Part shown: positions 43,716 to 52,187 of the stretch, piece after piece
How positions within the stretch are numbered: the stretch's first letter is position 1
Layout: every line of letters begins with the position of its first letter
Sequence record: OQ411014.1
Direction: 5' to 3' (one strand)
Source of the DNA: Escherichia phage EJP2
DNA: 64,000 nt
Position numbers and translations under genes: made by a program
The notes under the pieces: generated by a model
What the model saw: the letters and a program-made list of their open reading frames with translations, nothing else
What the model was told of the DNA's origin: nothing
Databases searched by the model: none

Positions 43716-43741
43716 ACCCTTTAATTACAAGGAGTGCAGTG

Positions 43742-44380
43742 ATGAAAGACTTCAAAGATATGACCACATCAGATAAGTACTGGTACATCATCGAACATCC
43801 GGCGTTCATGAATGATGAGTTCGTTTCAGTAAACATCTGTGTTGAACCACAAAACGTATGCCCCATTACTGAACGTATCGAGAATTACAAACCACTGAAT
43901 ACTAAAGTTCAGTACTGGATAGAGTTCTGTCCTCCGTATAAAGATTCGTACACTAATAACAAATTCGTACAATCACACGATACTGATTGTGATTGTGGTG
44001 GTTGGACGTATGAAGAAGCAATCGATAATCTCTTCGATTTGGTTATCGAGAAGTACGGCTCTTACACCGACGAAGACCTAAAAACTAAAATGGGTGAAGT
44101 TTTTGGGACTACCAAACCAGTAATTTGGAAACGCAGCGTTGAGGATCGTGTCCAGGCACTACTCAAACAGCGTACATCAAATAAAGTAGAAGACCCGTTG
44201 GAATTCACTTTCTTAGAAAAAGATATCAAAAATCTAAAAGGTACACTCCATGCCTTGACTGAACATCGAAAGACTGCTAATATAGATTCATACAGTGAAA
44301 TTGACGATTGCATTCAGAATTGTAAAGTAGATATATCTATTCTGGAAGCATCATTAAAAATCGGAATGATGATTGAATGA
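43742..44380 (+). CDS. hypothetical protein (212 aa)
   Basis: Start moved from GTG 43619 to ATG 43742 (AAGGAG 7 nt upstream). Confidence 0.65.
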   Translation: MKDFKDMTTSDKYWYIIEHPAFMNDEFVSVNICVEPQNVCPITERIENYKPLNTKVQYWIEFCPPYKDSYTNNKFVQSHDTDCDCGGWTYEEAIDNLFDLVIEKYGSYTDEDLKTKMGEVFGTTKPVIWKRSVEDRVQALLKQRTSNKVEDPLEFTFLEKDIKNLKGTLHALTEHRKTANIDSYSEIDDCIQNCKVDISILEASLKIGMMIE

Positions 44381-44751
44381 ATCCCAAATTAGAACGATTG
44401 GTAAATGAATTACGTACCCTGCCACCTTTGGAGTTAGATGAAGGTGCAGGGCGTAGACGTTATCGTGTTATTGCACGTGCACTTGATAAGCGTGGACGTG
44501 TGATTTGTACCAGAACTAACACGTATAAAACGTCACATCCAGTACAGAAGCATTTCGCGTTAAAGGTTGGTCGTCCTGATGCAATCTTTTTGCACGCTGA
44601 AATTTCAGTACTACTCTCTGCAAAACAGGATGTTCATACACTCCTTATTGCTAGAATCGATAGTAATGGTAATCCCGCTCTCGCTAAACCTTGCGAGATT
44701 TGTTCTATCGCAATTCAGCAATACGGTGTAAAAGAAATTATCCATACATAA
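44377..44751 (+). CDS. small CDA-fold deaminase (cytidine/deoxycytidylate deaminase family)
   Basis: LHAEISVL (H-A-E) and PCEIC zinc-ligand motifs in 124 aa. Confidence 0.7.
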   Translation: MNPKLERLVNELRTLPPLELDEGAGRRRYRVIARALDKRGRVICTRTNTYKTSHPVQKHFALKVGRPDAIFLHAEISVLLSAKQDVHTLLIARIDSNGNPALAKPCEICSIAIQQYGVKEIIHT

Positions 44752-44760
44752 GGAAGTACA

Positions 44761-45318
44761 ATGACTATTATCGTGAATTTAGTAGGTGGTCCGTGCTGTG
44801 GAAAAAGTACTACTGCTGCTGGACTATTCAGTACTATGAAACTTCAAACAACTAACAAGGTTGAACTTGTTACTGAAGTTATCAAAGACCATGTGTACGA
44901 TGAGAACAAAGGTGCAATGCAAGACCAGGTTCTTCTTACTGCTGAACAGAATCACCGATTCAAACGTTTAGATGGTAAAGTTGATTTTGTAATCTCGGAC
45001 GCTTCCCTTTTGAACGCAATCGTGTATAATCAGTTCTACAATCAAAACAAAGATATCAGTACTGAACTATCTCGTAAACTATTCGAGAAGTACGATAACG
45101 TTGTATTCTTCCTTCCACGTAAGCCTCAATATGATGCATACGGACGTACACAGTCAGAAGAAGATGCACGTTTCATCGATGAACTTTTCGAGAGTGTGTT
45201 CTGGGAATATTCTATTCCTTTCATTGATATGCGTGAATATACTCACGATGTTCTTCCAGAAAAGATTCTTGAGAAACTTCAAGAGAAATTTGGCAATACT
45301 GTAACCCTACGAGGCTAA
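44761..45318 (+). CDS. P-loop NTPase / nucleoside(-tide) kinase-like
   Basis: Walker A VGGPCCGKST at the N-terminus; 185 aa; kinase-like size. Confidence 0.55.
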   Translation: MTIIVNLVGGPCCGKSTTAAGLFSTMKLQTTNKVELVTEVIKDHVYDENKGAMQDQVLLTAEQNHRFKRLDGKVDFVISDASLLNAIVYNQFYNQNKDISTELSRKLFEKYDNVVFFLPRKPQYDAYGRTQSEEDARFIDELFESVFWEYSIPFIDMREYTHDVLPEKILEKLQEKFGNTVTLRG

Positions 45319-45319
45319 T

Positions 45320-45502
45320 ATGAAAACAATCTTCAGTAAAGAGTACGATGGAGAAGATCTTTACGATCTAAATCGTGATATCAGTGAAGCACTGGATGAA
45401 CGATTCAATACGTTAGTAGGTTCAATCCCTACTGATGAAAATGGTATTCAAGAAGGTAAATTCATTGTAACAGTAAAGTGGACTGCACACGAGGATGACT
45501 AA
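45320..45502 (+). CDS. hypothetical protein (60 aa)
   Basis: ORF track. Confidence 0.5.
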   Translation: MKTIFSKEYDGEDLYDLNRDISEALDERFNTLVGSIPTDENGIQEGKFIVTVKWTAHEDD

Positions 45503-45945
45503 TGCTTCAGTACTGTGATGGTATAGAGGTTAGTCACTATATAGAATCCAGAATACACAAGTATGATTTCTTAGGTTTTCTACCATTGATTGATGTGGAC
45601 GGTCTTGAGTACTATACTGTTGAAAACAAAGGTAGATTGAGTGATATTTTTGCACGTGTTTCTCCTGTTATTGGTGAGGAATCGGACATGATTACTGAAC
45701 TTGAGTATTGGTTCACTCAACCGATTCCCCAAGATGCACGAGAAGAACGAAAGTTATATCATGAATATTATCGTGATGAATTTATAAAACGCTTGCAAGA
45801 ATGGAAATACTGTGTTAGATTCTTAGGGTGCGACGACGCTGATTACTTCATGCGTTTCAAAAACAAGGAACATGCTCTGGAGTTCCTAAATACCGTCAGT
45901 TCGTTTGACGAAATATATAATCATGAACATTCAATGATGTGGTAA
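45502..45945 (+). CDS. hypothetical protein (147 aa)
   Basis: ORF track; TAATG overlap. Confidence 0.6.
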   Translation: MLQYCDGIEVSHYIESRIHKYDFLGFLPLIDVDGLEYYTVENKGRLSDIFARVSPVIGEESDMITELEYWFTQPIPQDAREERKLYHEYYRDEFIKRLQEWKYCVRFLGCDDADYFMRFKNKEHALEFLNTVSSFDEIYNHEHSMMW

Positions 45946-45955
45946 GGAAAATATA

Positions 45956-46369
45956 ATGGCTAATACTATTGCAATGAAAAACACAACCACTGGTGAAATC
46001 CGTAATGGTTTCACTGGTTTCTCTTGGACAACCCTGTTCTTCTGGGCTTTCCCAGCAATCTTCCGAATGGACTTTGTTACATTCATCGTGGTGTTCCTAG
46101 TAACACTAGTACTGTCAGCTACTACCATGTTCGGTGGTGCTATCCTAGTAATCGTATGGGCGTTCCTGTACAACCGTTACTACACCATTAGTCTTATCCG
46201 AAAGGGTTACAAGTTCAATGGTACTCACGAAGAGAACAAAGCAGCAGCAATGATTCTCAGGATTGAACTAAATGCTAATAACTGTCTAACTACTGAACCA
46301 GTACCACAAACTCCAGCACCTGCACCAGTTGCACAACCTGAAGTTCAGGGAGAACCAGTACAGAAATAA
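45956..46369 (+). CDS. membrane protein (DUF2628-like pattern)
   Basis: GFTGFSWTTLFFWAFPAIFR plus a second TM helix; Pro/Ala/Gln-rich tail. Confidence 0.6.
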   Translation: MANTIAMKNTTTGEIRNGFTGFSWTTLFFWAFPAIFRMDFVTFIVVFLVTLVLSATTMFGGAILVIVWAFLYNRYYTISLIRKGYKFNGTHEENKAAAMILRIELNANNCLTTEPVPQTPAPAPVAQPEVQGEPVQK

Positions 46370-46380
46370 TCCTCTCTAAG

Positions 46381-46405
46381 AGCGTCCTTTATGGACGCTT
46401 TTTTC
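46381..46405 (+). terminator. intrinsic terminator
   Basis: AGCGTCC-tttat-GGACGCT followed by TTTTTT. Confidence 0.8.
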
Positions 46406-46438
46406 GTTTTATGTTAATGAAATATAACAGTACTAATA

Positions 46439-46487
46439 TTGATTTAGGTCAACGTATTTTGGGCTTCATGGACGTATAATTCTTCTC
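46439..46487 (+). promoter_or_regulatory. class II FNR-type activated promoter for nrdDG
   Basis: TTGAT-ttag-GTCAA (46439-46452) matches the FNR consensus TTGAT-N4-ATCAA at 9/10. TATAAT lies at 46475-46480. The box centre (46445.5) is 41.5 bp upstream of the predicted start (about 46487). No -35 hexamer. Confidence 0.6.
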
Positions 46488-46526
46488 AATGGATGTAAAT
46501 AATTTACTAATAACAAGGAGAAGAAT

Positions 46527-48332
46527 ATGAAACATGATAAACTATACGCAGATGTGAACGATTTCTTGAGTCAGAGTAATCCTGATATTCTACAAGAGAA
46601 TGCTAACAAAGATTCCAAAATGGTGAATACTCACAGGGATTTACTCGCTGGGATACTTTCCAAACACTTCGCAGAGGAAGTTATCTCAGATGATTTGATG
46701 AAGTGGCATACTGAAGGTTATGGTCATATTCATGATTTAGATTACTACATTAGCCCGTTGACTAACTGTTGTTTAGTGAACTATCAAGAGATGCTAGAGA
46801 ATGGTTTCAAATTGGGTAATGCACAAGTTGGTTCCCCTAATAGCATTGGTGTAGCGTGTACAGTACTGACACAGATAGTACTGGCAGTTTCAGCTTCACA
46901 GTACGGTGGACAGTCCTTAGCTCACATTGATGCCGGATTAGCTCCGTATGTTCGGAAATCTCACGAACGTCTATTGAAGGAACAAGAAAAGTATAATCTA
47001 CCAGATGAATACGTTACTTCTGCTCTTGAGAAGGAAGTGTATGATTCTATGCAAGCAGTACTGTACCAAGTGAATACCATCACAAGTTCCAATGGACAAA
47101 CGCCTTTTATATCTATTAGCTTAGGTTTGGACACTTCTGTGTATGGTCGGATGATTACTTCTGCGTACTTGAAAGTTCATGAGAAAGGTCTAGGTAAAGA
47201 TGGTACTACTCCTGTATTCCCTAAAGTTATTTTCTTTTTGGATGAAGGTACTAACTTCAAGCCTAATGACCCAAATTACGATCTAAAGGTACAAGCGATG
47301 CAATGTGCATCAAAACGCATCTATCCTGACTTTGTTTCAGTACCGAAGAATAAAGAAGTAACTGGCAGTACAAGTACAGCAGTAACACCTATGGGTTGTC
47401 GTTCTTTCCTGTCACAATGGAAAAACGATGACGGTACTGAACAATACAACGGTCGCTTCAACTTAGGTGTAGTATCCATCAACTTACCGCTAATTGCTCT
47501 TGAAAGTCCGTCAGAAGAGGATTTCTATAGTAATGTGCGTCATCATATGGATATTGCATTCAGAGCACAGATGAACCGTGTAGAGCGTCTAAAGAGCATG
47601 AAAGCGAAGCAGAACCCTACACTTTTCATGGAAGGGGCAATTGCTCGTCTAAAAGCAGATGACACTATCGAAGAGCTATTTTATGATGGTTATGCGAGTA
47701 TTAGTATTGGATATGTCGGTTTAGCTGAATGTTCAGACATTTTACGTTCAGGACTGGATAAAGATTTTTGTGTAGAAATCCTGACCTTTATGAAAAATAT
47801 TTGTAATTCCTATACTGAAAACTCCAAAATCGCTTTTAGTCTGTACGGTACACCTGCGGAGTCATTATGCTACAAATTTGCGAAATGTATCGAGAAAAAG
47901 CATCCTTCAGTACTGAAACGTGATTTTATCACTAACTCATTCCATCAACCAGTTTGGGTGGATAGTACTCCATTTGAGAAGTTCAAATACGAAGAAGGGT
48001 TCTCTTTGCTCAGTAATGGTGGTAATATCAGTTACGTTGAAACTCCTAACCTTGCACAGAATATGAAGGCTCTAGAAGGTATTATTGACTATGCTTATCA
48101 CAGAATCCATTATTTTGGAATCAACCAGCCTGTTGACAGATGTTATGCTTGTCAGTTCAATGGTGAGTTCAAAGTAGATAAAAATGGGTTTCATTGTCCA
48201 CAATGTAATAACCGAGACGAAACGAAGATGTCTGTCATTAGACGTGTTTCTGGGTACTTGAGTTCTCCTAATAGCCGTCCTTTCAACAAAGGTAAGCAAC
48301 AGGAAGTAATTGTAAGGGTAAAACATAAATGA
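46527..48332 (+). CDS. nrdD: anaerobic ribonucleoside-triphosphate reductase
   Basis: 601 aa; C-terminal Zn ribbon CYACQ...CPQC and glycyl-radical motif RRVSGYLS. Confidence 0.92.
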   Translation: MKHDKLYADVNDFLSQSNPDILQENANKDSKMVNTHRDLLAGILSKHFAEEVISDDLMKWHTEGYGHIHDLDYYISPLTNCCLVNYQEMLENGFKLGNAQVGSPNSIGVACTVLTQIVLAVSASQYGGQSLAHIDAGLAPYVRKSHERLLKEQEKYNLPDEYVTSALEKEVYDSMQAVLYQVNTITSSNGQTPFISISLGLDTSVYGRMITSAYLKVHEKGLGKDGTTPVFPKVIFFLDEGTNFKPNDPNYDLKVQAMQCASKRIYPDFVSVPKNKEVTGSTSTAVTPMGCRSFLSQWKNDDGTEQYNGRFNLGVVSINLPLIALESPSEEDFYSNVRHHMDIAFRAQMNRVERLKSMKAKQNPTLFMEGAIARLKADDTIEELFYDGYASISIGYVGLAECSDILRSGLDKDFCVEILTFMKNICNSYTENSKIAFSLYGTPAESLCYKFAKCIEKKHPSVLKRDFITNSFHQPVWVDSTPFEKFKYEEGFSLLSNGGNISYVETPNLAQNMKALEGIIDYAYHRIHYFGINQPVDRCYACQFNGEFKVDKNGFHCPQCNNRDETKMSVIRRVSGYLSSPNSRPFNKGKQQEVIVRVKHK

Positions 48333-48799
48333 ACTACCAAACTATCGTAATTGATGATATGGTGAACGGTGAGGGCATTCGCTGCTCTCTGTTCGTCAGT
48401 GGGTGCAGTCATGGCTGTGAAGGGTGTTTCAACGAAAAAGCGTGGGATTATCGCTCTGGATTTGAATACACTACCAGTACTGAAGAATGTATCCTAGAAG
48501 AGCTTCAGAAGGATTATGTGAGTGGTTTATCGCTATTAGGTGGTGATCCACTCATGCCGAAGAACATTATTGAGGTAATTGCTCTTTGTAAGAAAGTAAA
48601 GGAACAATTCCCAAATAAGACCATTTGGTGCTGGAGTGGGTACACTTTAGAGGAAATCCAAGAGAATCATGCTAAGGACGTATTACAGTACTTAGATGTT
48701 CTTGTGGATGGAAAGTTCGACTTAGAGAAGTATGACAGTACTGTTCAGTTCAGGGGTTCGAGTAATCAACGAATTCTGTATAAAGGTACTGACTTTTGA
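48329..48799 (+). CDS. nrdG: anaerobic RNR activating radical-SAM protein
   Basis: CSHGCEGCFN (CxxxCxxC) cluster; 156 aa; ATGA overlap with nrdD. Confidence 0.9.
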   Translation: MNYQTIVIDDMVNGEGIRCSLFVSGCSHGCEGCFNEKAWDYRSGFEYTTSTEECILEELQKDYVSGLSLLGGDPLMPKNIIEVIALCKKVKEQFPNKTIWCWSGYTLEEIQENHAKDVLQYLDVLVDGKFDLEKYDSTVQFRGSSNQRILYKGTDF

Positions 48800-48803
48800 A
48801 TAT

Positions 48804-48826
48804 AGGCTCCTTTATGGAGCCTTTTC
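48804..48826 (+). terminator. intrinsic terminator
   Basis: AGGCTCC-tttat-GGAGCCT followed by TTTC. Confidence 0.7.
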
Positions 48827-48840
48827 TATTATAAAGGAGG

Positions 48841-48848
48841 TATAAATA
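48841..48848 (+). promoter_or_regulatory. T4-type late promoter motif
   Basis: Exact TATAAATA 34 nt upstream of the tail-fibre ATG. Confidence 0.45.
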
Positions 48849-48881
48849 AGTTATCGGATATCTATAACTAAGGGATATGAA

Positions 48882-51581
48882 ATGACTAAAAGAATTTATG
48901 GAGGCTTAGACGTTACTCATAACGTAACAGTTCAGGGCAAAAGGACAGTACAAGGTATCAATAATCAAGTATTCGATGCGAATGGTGATATGAAGATTAA
49001 TACCTATACTCAACAGGAATTACTCGATATTGTTAGCTTAATGCCAATATCACACTACGGTACTCACAACTACTTACCTGCTGGTGTTAGTGGGGACTTT
49101 AATGGTGCAGCGGAGAACCCAGCACAACGTAGAAACAAAATCCTACTGGAGAACGATGGTACACTAGTAATGCTACGTGCTGGTACAAACGGCAGTGTAG
49201 AAGGTTTATTCTATGCTTACCTACCAAATGCACTATCAGTTACTGATTTAGGTAGAGGTGTAAACACTGGTCGTCAGTACAAGCCAGGTTATTTTGGTAG
49301 TACTAAAACTGCTTTCGGTTTGTATAATACAGATGAGAACATTCTTCTAGGAAGATATTCTGATTCGTCAAATGGCAGTACTGGATGGTTTATTTCCATT
49401 ACTAACGGAACACTAGATGACACACAACATAATGGTTTCTTCTTGAATGCTTATACTGATATTGCCCCTCAAGGTGGTGTTGAATATGCAATGATGGCAG
49501 AAGATGGTTCAATTTACGTATTCAGTGTAGATACAAGTAATAACGAATTTAATATTGCAGTTGTTAGAGTTACTTTCAATTTGACGAATAAAACTTACAC
49601 AGCGTCAAGAATCACTGGTTGGACAACCAAGACGTTCTATAATACTACATATTCAGCAGATACTAATATTGTAGTGACGAAGAAAGTAAACTCAACTAAT
49701 ATCGCTGATAAGCCATATATGTACGTTCCGAATGGACTACTTGGTTTAGGTGTATACATGACGTCAATTGACTTGTGTGTAGCACAACAGCCAGGTACAC
49801 AGAACTTCCGCTTTAGAGTTAATGGTGATGCGTGGGCTACTATGGCAACGTATAATACCAGACCACAGCACAGTTATAGTTTCAACTTCAATATGAGTAC
49901 TAAACAATGTACGCTGGATGCAGGGAATGACATTGGTTCAAACGCAGCACCATTTATTGTTACTAATACAGGTTCACAATTAATTGCTTCTGGTAACGTA
50001 ATCAACCAAGATGATTTATATAATCACGGTGGGTGGAGAAACATTTATAGTTCTTACTATTACTTGGATATTGGTACAGTATTCTGTACTACGAGTCCTA
50101 ACTTGTCAGAACCATTGGGGATTGAAAAAGCAACATACCCAGCACAAAGTGTTTACAGTATGCTTAACGTAAGAGCAGTCAATGCATCAGCATTCAATAA
50201 AGGGAATCTTGGTCCTTCGTTCGGTTCAGCAGTTGGTTCTTACATTAACGGCGTAGAATTACTACCAGGTAACAGTACTAAACAATTCTCTCGTTCTTCT
50301 GGTACTGGTGCATTTAGACCATCATATGCAGTACATGCTGCTTCACCTACCTTTACGTTTAAATCTCTTTCAAGAGGTACAATGAAAGGTTATGAGCCTA
50401 CTGCTGAACGTGATTTCATTACAGATAATATAAACAACCGTATTTTCATTAGTACTGTATCTGGTTCGAATGTTACGACAAATGGTGGGATTTTCATGGT
50501 TGGTCAACGTTATTCACAGTCTTTGTCATTTGACAAACATGGTGTTGGTACTGGAACAATCTCGGTCACTGATTCAGTACTGGTAAATTTCAGAAATTCT
50601 GAATATGCAAAAGTACCTGCTTCATGGAATCTTTCTACAGCAGCAACTAAAGATATGACACTATTTGTTCCACAACAAACTGATATTCCTGCTTTTGTAA
50701 TGTTAAGTACTGTTACTACTGGAAATAAAAACTATATTAAGATTGTGGAAGTGAACGTTAATACCAGAAGTGGTAATATTACTTCAATTAGTTTTAAGCG
50801 TAATGTAATTGAAAACGTTTATGGTGATAGTTTTACACCAAATGGTGCTGGTGGTTTTGCTTCATCTTCTGTAGGTTTAACAATATATGATGGCGGTTCG
50901 TTCTACTTTATTGGTGGTTCAGATCCTTTATCTCACCCAACAATTGGCAATACGAATACACATCAATTCAGAGCTATTGTTACTAAAAGTACTGCACAAT
51001 TTGACAGCTTTATTATTTCAGGTTCACATGCTAGTTATGAACAGGGTATTCAACCTGCTGCTCTTCCTGGTATTGGCTTTGGGTATTTCCAAGCAATTGA
51101 CTACTCAAACAAAATGACATTCCAGAAATGTGGTACTACTGTTGCTGAATATAATGCATGGACAGCAATTGGTGATCCAATTAACGTAGTTTCACAAGAC
51201 GTTGCACAAGGATTTGTTGTTTACTTCAACGAAGAAACACCAGTAATGCTCAGTGGTAAGTCATTTACGATGCCAGTTCAAAGTGTTGATTTGAAAACTA
51301 TTAAAGCTAACCCAGCGAATACGACATTCCACATTTATGTGAGAATGAACCAAGGTAATGCAGAATATCATATAACTACTGAAGTTATTTCCGAAACTGG
51401 TAGTACTGCATATAACGTATTCTGGATTGGTACTGTTACTACGGATGCTATCCAAATCTCGACTATTAATGTATTCAAGCGTTCTCGTTTGGATGTATTT
51501 GGTGCATCACTTGAACCAACCGGATCATCATTCCCAGTGAGTTATGGTCTACCATCAGGCAACGGAACAATTAACTGGTAA
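48882..51581 (+). CDS. tail fibre protein (899 aa)
   Basis: Long, Gly/Ser/Thr/Asn-rich and beta-rich; full-length paralogue of 52188..54941; C-terminus ...GSSFPVSYGLPSGNGTINW. Confidence 0.7.
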   Translation: MTKRIYGGLDVTHNVTVQGKRTVQGINNQVFDANGDMKINTYTQQELLDIVSLMPISHYGTHNYLPAGVSGDFNGAAENPAQRRNKILLENDGTLVMLRAGTNGSVEGLFYAYLPNALSVTDLGRGVNTGRQYKPGYFGSTKTAFGLYNTDENILLGRYSDSSNGSTGWFISITNGTLDDTQHNGFFLNAYTDIAPQGGVEYAMMAEDGSIYVFSVDTSNNEFNIAVVRVTFNLTNKTYTASRITGWTTKTFYNTTYSADTNIVVTKKVNSTNIADKPYMYVPNGLLGLGVYMTSIDLCVAQQPGTQNFRFRVNGDAWATMATYNTRPQHSYSFNFNMSTKQCTLDAGNDIGSNAAPFIVTNTGSQLIASGNVINQDDLYNHGGWRNIYSSYYYLDIGTVFCTTSPNLSEPLGIEKATYPAQSVYSMLNVRAVNASAFNKGNLGPSFGSAVGSYINGVELLPGNSTKQFSRSSGTGAFRPSYAVHAASPTFTFKSLSRGTMKGYEPTAERDFITDNINNRIFISTVSGSNVTTNGGIFMVGQRYSQSLSFDKHGVGTGTISVTDSVLVNFRNSEYAKVPASWNLSTAATKDMTLFVPQQTDIPAFVMLSTVTTGNKNYIKIVEVNVNTRSGNITSISFKRNVIENVYGDSFTPNGAGGFASSSVGLTIYDGGSFYFIGGSDPLSHPTIGNTNTHQFRAIVTKSTAQFDSFIISGSHASYEQGIQPAALPGIGFGYFQAIDYSNKMTFQKCGTTVAEYNAWTAIGDPINVVSQDVAQGFVVYFNEETPVMLSGKSFTMPVQSVDLKTIKANPANTTFHIYVRMNQGNAEYHITTEVISETGSTAYNVFWIGTVTTDAIQISTINVFKRSRLDVFGASLEPTGSSFPVSYGLPSGNGTINW

Positions 51582-51590
51582 GGAGAAATT

Positions 51591-52178
51591 ATGCCATTAC
51601 AATACAGAACGGACGTGAACGCAGCAGGACAAATTAAAGTACAGAATAAAACAACTGGTGTTTCTATTACATCAGGTAACGGTCAAGTATATTCTACAAC
51701 ATCTGCGGGGGCGATTACGTTCCCAGTACTGACAACTGATGATGTGGATTATATTACACTTGAATTACCACTCTCTCAGTTCGGAGAATTGTATGAGAAT
51801 ACTAGTCTTAATATTACAAGTACTGGTTTAGTACTGAAGTTTAATAGAATAATTCCACTCTTCATGAGTGGGATTTACTACGATGTTCCAGTTCAGAACA
51901 TCACAGCACAAGCTGCAACGTCAGGTACAGCAACATATTATGTGTATGTTAAACTAGAACTTGGTGCACCAAAATATTTCATCTCCAGAACAGAAGGTGT
52001 TGAGAACGAAATAACCATGTTCATAGGTACTATCACAGTAAGTACTACCACAATAACAGCAATCAATATTAACAAAGTTTCCAGATTCGGTACATACAGA
52101 CCGAGTACTACACAGAAAGGTTCTTCTTTCCCTGTCAGTACTGGACACCCTTCACAAACTGGTTCAATTAACTGGTAA
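51591..52178 (+). CDS. tail-fibre C-terminal-module protein (195 aa)
   Basis: Corresponds to the last ~120 aa of both flanking fibre genes (P.Q...A....Y.Y.....FIGTI...I......V.RF.TYRPST..KGSSFPVSTGHPSQTGSINW). Confidence 0.65.
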   Translation: MPLQYRTDVNAAGQIKVQNKTTGVSITSGNGQVYSTTSAGAITFPVLTTDDVDYITLELPLSQFGELYENTSLNITSTGLVLKFNRIIPLFMSGIYYDVPVQNITAQAATSGTATYYVYVKLELGAPKYFISRTEGVENEITMFIGTITVSTTTITAININKVSRFGTYRPSTTQKGSSFPVSTGHPSQTGSINW

Positions 52179-52187
52179 GGAAATAAC

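Noticed and set aside
43619-43741. The ORF-track N-terminal extension of gene 43742 starting at GTG 43619
   Set aside because: There is no RBS before 43619. The stretch forms a strong multi-helix structure and is followed by AAGGAG-N7-ATG at 43742. I kept it as a leader RNA candidate instead.
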